Source: an uncultured virus (IMG/VR IMGVR_UViG_3300036944_000852) (taxonomy: Duplodnaviria; Heunggongvirae; Uroviricota; Caudoviricetes). Taken from it: 64,000 nt of DNA. The notes under the pieces are model-generated. The model did not search any database. It was not told where the DNA came from and saw nothing but the letters and a program-made list of their open reading frames with translations. Every line of letters begins with the position of its first letter. The first letter of the stretch is position 1. Made by a program: the position numbers and the translations under genes. Positions 30,721 through 42,983 of this stretch are shown here, piece after piece. The stretch lies in IMG/VR virus record IMGVR_UViG_3300036944_000852; one strand, 5' to 3'.

Positions 30721-31466
30721 TGAAGCAAATTTCAGTACAAAAACTGTTTCCGCCCGGAGGGAATGCTGACATATATCAGCTGCCGGCACGTAGGCCATGG
30801 ATGGATGATACGGAAGATAAGCACGCATACATGTGCTTCCCTCTAAATATCACTAACCGCTTAGGTTGGGCAATATCGTTCCCTGAAGATATTAGATTCA
30901 TCTGGGATGGCATCACAGACACAACGCCAGATCACATCACGATACTTGAAGGTGAAAAATTTTTAAGTAGATCTAGAGGGAACGCTACCATTGGCTTTCT
31001 CACTGGTTTGAAGTTTACAACCGATGAGAAAACAACAATGTTGGCAATGCCAGTGCCGAACTTATTTGTACGTGGCGCTCAGTGCTACACCACCCTAATG
31101 AGCACCTCCTTCTACTTTCATATGCTTCCAGTTGCTTGGAGGCTTACCGAGCCTAACGTAGAGATTTACATTCCTGCAGGCACCCCCGTGGCGACTGTTA
31201 TTCCAATATCACTAACTGACCTAGAAGAGGATTACGAGTTGACTGTAAATGAAACGCCGGCATCTTCCGAGTACTGGGAAGAAGTGACTAAGTATGGGGA
31301 TGCTAACGAAATAAAGAATGGCGTAGGAGACTGGTCAAAAATGTATAGAGAAGCAGTTGACTATACCGGCGCCTCTGTCGGCTCCCACGAGACAAAATCT
31401 ATAAAGCTAAAAACTGTTACATGCCCATTTACCGGGGACTCCTATGAGGTAGAGGACGTGGAGTAG
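30720..31466 (+). CDS. DUF6065-like protein
   Basis: R.WMD.T...HAY.C.PL...N.LGW; P.PN; W.LT.P. Confidence 0.7.
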   Translation: MKQISVQKLFPPGGNADIYQLPARRPWMDDTEDKHAYMCFPLNITNRLGWAISFPEDIRFIWDGITDTTPDHITILEGEKFLSRSRGNATIGFLTGLKFTTDEKTTMLAMPVPNLFVRGAQCYTTLMSTSFYFHMLPVAWRLTEPNVEIYIPAGTPVATVIPISLTDLEEDYELTVNETPASSEYWEEVTKYGDANEIKNGVGDWSKMYREAVDYTGASVGSHETKSIKLKTVTCPFTGDSYEVEDVE

Positions 31467-32207
31467 GTGGACACTAAAAAAATTAAGTTTGTAGTCAACA
31501 GACCGTGGCTAAATAGAGACAGTGATTCTACCCCCAAGCCGATAATTAAAACCATTCCCGACTGGTATAGAAACGGGGACAGGTTTGCCAAACACCCGAT
31601 GACAGGGGAGTATTGGAAAGACCCGCAAAATGGCGGAAAAATCCCTACATGGAAGTCATGCCCGTCTGTCTACGACATCATGGGGTCCGGGTATGCGTAC
31701 AGAACCCCTTGCGATATCGAGTTTAAGGAAAACTCTTACGGTCAAATAGAGGCAAAAGTCTTAGACGAAAAGAATAAAGATTTTATACAGGTCAGAATGC
31801 CTATGCCAGGCTTTAAAGCACCGATGGGTTACCACGAAGTTCACTTCGCATGGTGGGCAGACTGGGCAGTAGAGCTGCCGGCGGGCTATAGCGCACTGTA
31901 CTCGCAGCCTTTCAATAGATTTGAGCTACCTTTTATAACTACAAGCGGCATCATCGATAACGATAAGGTTCACTTGCCTGGAACAATGCCGTTCTTTGTG
32001 GCTAAAGGGTTTCAGGGGATACTTCCTGCAGGCACGCCATATGCTCAAATTATCCCGTTCAAGCGGGAGAACTGGGAGTCAGAAATTGTAGACTCTATCG
32101 GCTATGAAGACATGCTCAAAAAGAACATGGAAAATAGCGATAAATATAGGGTTCCAGATGGTGGCGTATACCAGAGAGATGTCTGGGAGAGACGCAAGTA
32201 TGAGTAA
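31467..32207 (+). CDS. Hypothetical protein, DUF6065-related type
   Basis: IPDWY; T.K.CP...D....GY; P.GYS.L...P.NRF.LPF...SGIID.D; GTP.AQIIPFKRE.W. Confidence 0.55.
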   Translation: MDTKKIKFVVNRPWLNRDSDSTPKPIIKTIPDWYRNGDRFAKHPMTGEYWKDPQNGGKIPTWKSCPSVYDIMGSGYAYRTPCDIEFKENSYGQIEAKVLDEKNKDFIQVRMPMPGFKAPMGYHEVHFAWWADWAVELPAGYSALYSQPFNRFELPFITTSGIIDNDKVHLPGTMPFFVAKGFQGILPAGTPYAQIIPFKRENWESEIVDSIGYEDMLKKNMENSDKYRVPDGGVYQRDVWERRKYE

Positions 32208-32221
32208 GGTAGGATAATCTA

Positions 32222-32890
32222 GTGAATAAAGAATATGCAAATGACGACATAACCCCCTACCAGTCGATAATTCCATCAGGTTTTTTCGGCGACTCCGTGG
32301 ACAATATTGTCGCAATAGAGAACTTTATGACAGATGAAGAGCTAACTTATCTGAATAATTTTGCAAAAAATAACCAGCTATGGGACGTCACAGAGACCCA
32401 CTACAGTGAAGATGGCACTGTAATCTACGATTCAAGCTACTGGGACCACCGAGTAGCTACAGCTCCTCTCTTAAAAGAAGCTGATCCAAAAGTTGTAGAG
32501 CTGATTTCAAACATGCAAGCTAGACTAAAAGAAAAAGTGGATCAGTTCTTTAACGTGGACGCCCACCCAACTAGTCCAGCGATTGTCCGATGGCTCCCAG
32601 GTCAGCGCCAGCAGCCACACGCGGATAAAGAGCTACACGAAGGCGAAGGCAGAGGAAAGCCAAACGACTTCCCTTACTACGATATTTCAGGACTTTTCTA
32701 CTTAAATGATGAGTATGAGGGCGGAGAGCTTTACTTCCCTAACCAGGGGATTCAGTTTAAGCCAAAGGCTGGAGCCGCATATTTCTTCCCGGGTGACATG
32801 AATTATATCCACGGTGTGACAGAAATCAAGTCCGGGATTAGGTATGTTTGCCCATTTTTCTGGACTGTCAAATCCAACCAAATTAAATAA
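32222..32890 (+). CDS. Prolyl 4-hydroxylase-like 2OG-Fe(II) oxygenase
   Basis: HAD, YLNDEYEGGELYF, HGVTEIKSGIRY; leaderless TAGGAT-N6-GTG start. Confidence 0.88.
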   Translation: MNKEYANDDITPYQSIIPSGFFGDSVDNIVAIENFMTDEELTYLNNFAKNNQLWDVTETHYSEDGTVIYDSSYWDHRVATAPLLKEADPKVVELISNMQARLKEKVDQFFNVDAHPTSPAIVRWLPGQRQQPHADKELHEGEGRGKPNDFPYYDISGLFYLNDEYEGGELYFPNQGIQFKPKAGAAYFFPGDMNYIHGVTEIKSGIRYVCPFFWTVKSNQIK

Positions 32891-32930
32891 CATATAGAAT
32901 TAGATCAGACAAAGAGAGTAAGGGTTTAAA

Positions 32931-33710
32931 TTGCATTTAGCGAAAAAGCTACACGAAGAAGTTTTCCTATACGAAGATGTTTTTGCTGATCCAGCTGGAC
33001 TGATAAGCCTAATCGAAGAGCTGGACGAAGACGAGACTACCCACTCTGTCATCCCAGAATGGGGATTTTGGTTCTCAAATAGCCGAGATGGTCACAGCTT
33101 TGGTAGCAAGAAGGACTTTGCTCCGGAAAGACTCTCAGAGCTAGAGTCATCACGCAAGGCTGATGTAGAGAAGGTAGTTAGCACTATCCAAACAGCAGTC
33201 AGTGATGTGGCGCACGCTTACTATCGCGACCGCGGCCTTGAGGGCGAGCCAAACATGTCACCATTTGCTGGTGTTATGAAGTACCGCCCAGGCTGCGAGA
33301 TGGGTGCACACTTCGATGCTCAGGCTGGTGACAGAACCCTCAAGTACTCTATTGTCCTTTATTTGAACGAGGACTACGAGGGTGGAGAGATTTCTTTTAT
33401 TGTCCGCCCTTACGACTTAAGAAATCCAAAAAATTTCCACCTTCAGCCAATCCCGGACGCTGATGACGAAAGAAATGCAGATCTTGTTGACTTTACCCTA
33501 AAACCTAAAGCCGCATCTGCTCTAATCTTCCCATCGACACATCCTTTTAAGCACCAGGTTCACATCGTTAAGAGTGGAGATAAGTACATCTTCCCTGGTT
33601 TTGTTTTCCAAGAAGACTTTAATCCAGAGAACGAAGACTCAAGACGCGAATATAACGCTGGATCTTTATTCGAGACACCAGAAGAAGGAAAGTACTTCGA
33701 CGAAGAGTAA
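32931..33710 (+). CDS. Prolyl 4-hydroxylase-like 2OG-Fe(II) oxygenase
   Basis: HFD, YLNEDYEGGE, FPS..P..H.V..VKSGDKY. Confidence 0.88.
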   Translation: MHLAKKLHEEVFLYEDVFADPAGLISLIEELDEDETTHSVIPEWGFWFSNSRDGHSFGSKKDFAPERLSELESSRKADVEKVVSTIQTAVSDVAHAYYRDRGLEGEPNMSPFAGVMKYRPGCEMGAHFDAQAGDRTLKYSIVLYLNEDYEGGEISFIVRPYDLRNPKNFHLQPIPDADDERNADLVDFTLKPKAASALIFPSTHPFKHQVHIVKSGDKYIFPGFVFQEDFNPENEDSRREYNAGSLFETPEEGKYFDEE

Positions 33711-33716
33711 GTCTTT

Positions 33717-34334
33717 ATGTACGAAGTATTATCCCCTAAGGTTCTTTATTTTCCAAAATTTTTAGTAGATCACGAAAGATTTCTAGAGATCGTAGAGAAG
33801 ACTTCCACTTGGTCAGAGTGGAAGCCTAGTGATTCCAGCGCAGCCGAGTTCTCCTACGGATCACTAAAAACTTTTGGTACGCAGGAGTATAAAAATACCT
33901 TAGAGCCGAACAGTAAAAGCCAGATTAAATACATTGTCAACACAATAAAAAAAGTTAATCTAGCCTGCGGATACGAATATCTAAAGAGTCAAAATGCATC
34001 CGACTCAGAGTTGCTCAATTTGAAAAGATCTGTACTTTTAGATGACATAACTATAGGTATTAAGAAATACAGGGAAAACGGCCCAGCACTCGGGCCACAC
34101 CCGGATACTGACCTAGAGAATCCCCGAGATGAGTTCAGTATAACTTTCTACCCTAATGATAATTACGATGGCGGCGAGTTGAACTTCCCTGAGATTGATC
34201 TAAAAATAAAGCCAAAAGCCGGCAGTGTGGTAGTATATCCATCGAAGCACATACATGAATCTCTACCAGTATTTTCCGGCGAGAAGTATGTAACTAATTA
34301 TGTATATCTAGCAGCGGAGAAATTGTGGAATTAG
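33717..34334 (+). CDS. Prolyl 4-hydroxylase-like 2OG-Fe(II) oxygenase
   Basis: HPD, NDNYDGGELNF, HESLPVFSGEKY. Confidence 0.88.
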   Translation: MYEVLSPKVLYFPKFLVDHERFLEIVEKTSTWSEWKPSDSSAAEFSYGSLKTFGTQEYKNTLEPNSKSQIKYIVNTIKKVNLACGYEYLKSQNASDSELLNLKRSVLLDDITIGIKKYRENGPALGPHPDTDLENPRDEFSITFYPNDNYDGGELNFPEIDLKIKPKAGSVVVYPSKHIHESLPVFSGEKYVTNYVYLAAEKLWN

Positions 34335-34981
34335 AGTACAAGATACCGTATGAAAATGTAGTGTATTTTCCGGGCATAGTCGACAACGTTGACGAGATTA
34401 TCGAGGCAATAGAGACCACGAACAGCATTGCAATATCCCCCTGGGAAGTCTGGTACGCAAGCAGCGACACCTCTGGATATGCTTACGGCGAAGTTAAGTC
34501 TATGAGCAAGCACCTACTCAGACAAGAGTCGGACCCAGCTATCGTCGAGAAATCTGAATATATAATTTCTACCCTGGTAGACGCGATGTCGATCGCAGCT
34601 AAGAAGTATTCTGAACTATACAATATTGACGATGCGTCACTAGATTACGCACTGCATGCGCTAAACATGGAAGGCACGAAGTACGGCATAAACAAGTACT
34701 ACGAACGCATGTACATGGGGCCGCACGTTGATTGGAATGAGCAAAACTCAGACATCACTTACACAATCGTGGTCTATCTAAATGATAATTATGAAGGTGG
34801 AGAACTCTACTTTGTAGATCCCGATATCGACATAAAAATAAAGCCAGAAAAGGGAAGTATCGTGATGTTCCCATCCACCTTGCCGTATCTACACCAATCT
34901 TGCGACATCATTAACGGCAGAAAGATGCTCATAACGCATCACTGGAAAAATGATTCGCTAGTAAAGAGAGACGAGTTTTAA
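34325..34981 (+). CDS. Prolyl 4-hydroxylase-like 2OG-Fe(II) oxygenase
   Basis: HVD, YLNDNYEGGELYF, FPS..PYLH......GRK. Confidence 0.88.
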   Translation: MELEYKIPYENVVYFPGIVDNVDEIIEAIETTNSIAISPWEVWYASSDTSGYAYGEVKSMSKHLLRQESDPAIVEKSEYIISTLVDAMSIAAKKYSELYNIDDASLDYALHALNMEGTKYGINKYYERMYMGPHVDWNEQNSDITYTIVVYLNDNYEGGELYFVDPDIDIKIKPEKGSIVMFPSTLPYLHQSCDIINGRKMLITHHWKNDSLVKRDEF

Positions 34982-35814
34982 TGGAAATCCCGGTACTTAA
35001 CTTCAGCAGCAAGCCAGAGCTATACTCCGAGCTCGAATCAGTAAAGGATAAGTATGTCTCTAACGGGATCGTAGTGCTTAGAGGTCTACACTTTACTGAA
35101 GCAGAGCAGGGCGAATTGACCCTATCTCTTGGGGACTTGATTGGGTGGTTCCCCAACCACAGTAGCAGCGATATCGGAAGAAAGTACACAGAGAGCCACT
35201 CCGGTAATCAGAATGTTGCTGGATCAAAAGGTGATCAGGTTATCTTAGATTGGCACATAGAGCACGTAGACTACGACCAGCAGTGCCCATTAGTGGCAGG
35301 GCTTTGGAATATGCAGCATTTTAATTGCGCTCCAGGGACTGGGTTAACCTACTTTGTCGACACCACAGAAGTTTTTAAGCTCCTAACAGAAGAAGAGCAG
35401 AGCTTCCTATCTTCCAGTGAGATTTCATGGGTAGACGCATACGGATTTGGCCCCCACCAAGGAGTCGCAGTGGTGCCTCACTGGTTGAACGGAAGCCCAA
35501 CCATACGTATAGAAATAACAAAGCATGTGAAGACAGAGCTAGTTTCGGTGCATGGAGAAGTGCCAACTGACCTTCAAACCGCTGAGTTCAAACGTATCTA
35601 CAAAAAGATCATTGATCTTATCGAGAATAATACAGATATAAGAATGACGCACCAGTGGGAACACGGAGACGTCGTAATTCCAGACTTATTCAAACTCGCG
35701 CACGCAGTTACTGGTGGATTTGATCCTAAAGATCGAACATTTACTGGGCACTGGTTATTCTCTAAAGATCCAACCATACTTACAGACGAGGAGCTCCCTT
35801 ATGCCTGGAGATAG
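34981..35814 (+). CDS. TauD/TfdA-like Fe(II)/2OG dioxygenase
   Basis: G.VVLRG, WHIE, G.T.FVD, HQW..GD.VI.D....H......R. Confidence 0.75.
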   Translation: MEIPVLNFSSKPELYSELESVKDKYVSNGIVVLRGLHFTEAEQGELTLSLGDLIGWFPNHSSSDIGRKYTESHSGNQNVAGSKGDQVILDWHIEHVDYDQQCPLVAGLWNMQHFNCAPGTGLTYFVDTTEVFKLLTEEEQSFLSSSEISWVDAYGFGPHQGVAVVPHWLNGSPTIRIEITKHVKTELVSVHGEVPTDLQTAEFKRIYKKIIDLIENNTDIRMTHQWEHGDVVIPDLFKLAHAVTGGFDPKDRTFTGHWLFSKDPTILTDEELPYAWR

Positions 35815-36682
35815 TGAAGTAGAGATCATCGGAGACTTTACTGTAAAGAAGTTATACCCCAAAATCTGGGTATTTAGTAAAGCAATCCAGAACCCGGATA
35901 AGTTGATTGACTACTATGTTAATGACCCAATCAATGTAAACAGATGGGTGCCTTGGTACACATTCGGGGATATGATCAGTGACTTTGGGCTGGGCTTTGG
36001 GAATATAGACCACTTTCCCAGTAAAGAAGAGTGGACTTCAAATTTTGCTGAGTGCGATGACTTGTATAAATTAGAGCTAGCTCACACATTTTATGATGCA
36101 TCAGCTCTATATGTTGAAAGTACTAAAGCTACATTGCCGAATTGGGAGTCACCTAACTGGGGGATTGCTAGGTATTTCCCGGATGTAGAGGATTTTTCAG
36201 GTGGAAGAACTATGCAATACCACACTGATTATCAGCAGGATAGAAAAGAGTATCCCGGCGCAAAAAACATGATTACTGCGGTCGGCTACCCTAATGACGA
36301 TTACAAAGGTGGGGAAATTTCATTTCGCATCGTAAAAGAGGGGACAAAAGATGAAGTAGAAAGAGAAATTATCTACAAGCCAGAAGCTGGCGATTTAATC
36401 ATCTTTCCTTCGGTGTTTCCTTACTATCACGGCGTCCTAAACGTAAAGAAAAATCCTAAGTACATCATAAGATTTTATTGGAACTCTGTAGAAGAGGCCA
36501 CTGAAGACTACGAGTACTTCTCTAATAAATATGGAGATAACTGGGATCAACTAGAGCTAGTCAGACGCAAGAGAGACAAAGCTATGGTGGAGGACCCCGT
36601 GTTGAGGCTTCGGTTGTCCATGCGGGAGTACTATGAAATGCTAGAGGCTGGCACTCTAGATGAATACTTTGAAGAGGTATAA
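35801..36682 (+). CDS. Prolyl 4-hydroxylase-like 2OG-Fe(II) oxygenase
   Basis: HTD, NDDYKGGEISF, KPEAGDLIIFPS..PYYHGV.....KY; start reset to ATG 35801 after GAGGAG. Confidence 0.85.
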   Translation: MPGDSEVEIIGDFTVKKLYPKIWVFSKAIQNPDKLIDYYVNDPINVNRWVPWYTFGDMISDFGLGFGNIDHFPSKEEWTSNFAECDDLYKLELAHTFYDASALYVESTKATLPNWESPNWGIARYFPDVEDFSGGRTMQYHTDYQQDRKEYPGAKNMITAVGYPNDDYKGGEISFRIVKEGTKDEVEREIIYKPEAGDLIIFPSVFPYYHGVLNVKKNPKYIIRFYWNSVEEATEDYEYFSNKYGDNWDQLELVRRKRDKAMVEDPVLRLRLSMREYYEMLEAGTLDEYFEEV

Positions 36683-36684
36683 GT

Positions 36685-37146
36685 ATGTCTGATCTAAATA
36701 TGACAAACCAGACGATGGTAGACGAGTTTAAGGCTAGAGCAGCCGCCGGTAGAGGCGACTCTTATATGTTGACTATATCCAGAGATGGCGAGTCACCAGT
36801 ACGGTCCATATACTTCTATGACAACGCGATAGACGCCACTACTGGATACACAGCATATACAGACTGGGGGTTTGCTAAGGACTTCCTAACCGTAGAACTC
36901 TATGAACCAACCGGTAGAGTGCACAGTAAAGTTCTTAGACGCCCGCGAGGCGGCGAGTGTGTTTTTGAAAGAGCACAGTATTACAAGGTAGCTGAAATAC
37001 TAAACGCCACTAAGCCAAAAATTGATGAAGAAGTGTTCAACTATCTGACCTATGAGTTTGCTAAGCTATTCTCAAAGGACAACCAAAGATTTCAAGTAGA
37101 TCGCTTTTTCACAGATCTAGGGTATACAGGAGAAATTCATGACTAA
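36685..37146 (+). CDS. Hypothetical protein
   Basis: 153-aa ORF with GAGG RBS inside the oxygenase operon; no motif recognised. Confidence 0.65.
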   Translation: MSDLNMTNQTMVDEFKARAAAGRGDSYMLTISRDGESPVRSIYFYDNAIDATTGYTAYTDWGFAKDFLTVELYEPTGRVHSKVLRRPRGGECVFERAQYYKVAEILNATKPKIDEEVFNYLTYEFAKLFSKDNQRFQVDRFFTDLGYTGEIHD

Positions 37147-37876
37147 CATCGAGACCACACCAACAGAGTTTGGCGATAAAGGCTACTTAAAAGATGACAT
37201 TATCTTTTACGATAACTTTCTCACTGAAGAAGAGGCAGAAAAGATCATAGCTTTCTTCGAGGACCCAGAGCAGCCATGGAGCATGTCTGCATTCTTCGAG
37301 TCATACGGCATGAGTATTATGCCCCAGGACCCTTTGCTAGAGAAGTATGGGCTATCGATTGACTACCTAGGGACCTTGGCAGACCGCATGCACAAGGCGG
37401 TAGAGGATGCTCACCTGCGTCCAGTAAAGTCAGTATCTTCTCACGCCCAGAAGTGGAATGTTGGCGCATTTGCCCCTTTCCACTCGGACAACACCGACAT
37501 GGAGGGGAACTGGTCGGCATGGGAGAAGAGTAAGCTTGTCTGCCTCCTCTACATCAACGATGATTATGAAGGCGGCGAGTTAAACTTCAGAGACCACCCT
37601 ATCAAGCTAAAGCCAAAGGCCAGGCAGCTAATCACGTTCCCTGGTGGCATCAACAATGTCCACGAAGTTACAGTAGTCGAAGGGTCAACCCGTCATACAA
37701 TTGGCGCTTTCTGGGACTACGCCGAATCCACATACTCCGAAGAACGCATAAAGGAGTGGGAGGACGAGATTTCCAAGGTCCGTGAAGAACAGAAGGTTAT
37801 GCAGGACGAGTGGAAAGACCAGCTAGATAAGGGTGTACACCCCCTTACAGAAGGCGGAAGCCAGGGCGGCTACTAA
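37139..37876 (+). CDS. Prolyl 4-hydroxylase-like 2OG-Fe(II) oxygenase
   Basis: HSD, YINDDYEGGELNF, HEVTVV..STR. Confidence 0.88.
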   Translation: MTNIETTPTEFGDKGYLKDDIIFYDNFLTEEEAEKIIAFFEDPEQPWSMSAFFESYGMSIMPQDPLLEKYGLSIDYLGTLADRMHKAVEDAHLRPVKSVSSHAQKWNVGAFAPFHSDNTDMEGNWSAWEKSKLVCLLYINDDYEGGELNFRDHPIKLKPKARQLITFPGGINNVHEVTVVEGSTRHTIGAFWDYAESTYSEERIKEWEDEISKVREEQKVMQDEWKDQLDKGVHPLTEGGSQGGY

Positions 37877-37940
37877 CTAGGTTTAGTAAAACTGCGGTAA
37901 AATTATAGGGACTAGTCAAGCCCCCCTGTAAGGACTCGCA

Positions 37941-41698
<3,758 letters not shown>

Positions 41699-41699
41699 A

Positions 41700-42707
41700 A
41701 TGCCTATTCCAATGGCCACAGCGGCATCTTCTTTTAAGTTGAACACAACGTTTGACCTTGAGTATCTAATCGTAAACGGTGGTCAACCTTCCTATGGCAC
41801 AGTTGCTGGGGCAGGCGGAGAGGTTACTAGAGGACTAGTAGATCCATCCACCGGCACTCCTCCGTTAAGGCTTACTTCCGGTGGTTCATTGAATATTTCA
41901 ATTGGATCTGGTAGCGACTCAATTGGGGTAAGAGGTAGCGCTATTTTGGCGCAAGACCCTAATACGTATAGCTACATAGCACCAGTATCCTTCGAGAAAG
42001 CTGGATATAGTGCTTACACAGAAAAAATTGGCTCTGGGGCAGCGACTACTACTGAAACAGAGCCGGGATACATAAATGGGGCTTTTACTATGGTAACCAC
42101 TTCTAGCACTGGATTCGCAGGAACCAACGGTAATAATTTTAGTGGCGACGGAACGGCCCAGCAACTAACCAACTATTTTCATGGAGGTGCTGGTGCTGGA
42201 GGTAGCGCTGCAACCGTATCTTTGTACGCTTCCAGAGTATTTCTCGGCTTTCATACGAGTGGTCCTACCACAACACGAAGGAACTGCTACAGAGCTTCTA
42301 TAGAGTTTGACACTACTAACACGAGCGGCTCTGGCGTTGCTAATTTCACCGGAGGGACAGTAAGTAGAGGCGGAGCCGGAGGGGTGCGCATCAGTAGAAC
42401 TTATTATGATGGTCACACCGGCAGCGAAGTGAGCACTGGCTCATTGACTAATAGAGGCTTCTCAGGGGAACCTATAAACGGTTCTACTAACAGCGGCAAC
42501 GGTGGAACTCCTTATATAACCAGCACTACATCAGAATTTGGTGGTCAATTTTCGAATAGAATAGAGGGCTCCGGCGGCAGCGGTGTAGTCCAGATTAGAT
42601 ACCCAAACACTATGCCACTGCTGCCCAAACGCGGATCAGCAGTGTACACAAACTTTGGTGGATATCACGTTTACACCTTTAATCAATCAACTTCAATAGT
42701 CATATAG
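41700..42707 (+). CDS. Glycine-rich fibre tip-like protein
   Basis: EYLIV.GG...GAGG; N.G.GG...GGSGVV.IRYP; GGYHVYTF. Confidence 0.65.
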   Translation: MPIPMATAASSFKLNTTFDLEYLIVNGGQPSYGTVAGAGGEVTRGLVDPSTGTPPLRLTSGGSLNISIGSGSDSIGVRGSAILAQDPNTYSYIAPVSFEKAGYSAYTEKIGSGAATTTETEPGYINGAFTMVTTSSTGFAGTNGNNFSGDGTAQQLTNYFHGGAGAGGSAATVSLYASRVFLGFHTSGPTTTRRNCYRASIEFDTTNTSGSGVANFTGGTVSRGGAGGVRISRTYYDGHTGSEVSTGSLTNRGFSGEPINGSTNSGNGGTPYITSTTSEFGGQFSNRIEGSGGSGVVQIRYPNTMPLLPKRGSAVYTNFGGYHVYTFNQSTSIVI

Positions 42708-42725
42708 GAATGGTAAAATATAACT

Positions 42726-42983
42726 ATGGCCGCTACTAATTTCCCGAACTCCCCTTCAATAGGGCAGCGCGTAACCACCGATGGAGTGGTCCGCGAGTGG
42801 AACGGCGTCGCCTGGGTGTCAGTCGGATCTACCGTAGTCGGACCTACCGGTCCTACTGGACCTACTGGCCCTGCCGGTCAAGGTGTACCAACCGGAGGCA
42901 CAACTGGTCAAGTTTTGATTAAAGCTAGTAATGATGACTATGATTTTATCTGGTCTGACACCATTGACGGAGGAACACCCTAA
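42726..42983 (+). CDS. Short collagen-like virion protein
   Basis: NFP.SP..GQ...W.G..W, (GPT)3, GVP.GG.TGQVL.K; leaderless TAAAAT-N6-ATG start. Confidence 0.7.
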   Translation: MAATNFPNSPSIGQRVTTDGVVREWNGVAWVSVGSTVVGPTGPTGPTGPAGQGVPTGGTTGQVLIKASNDDYDFIWSDTIDGGTP

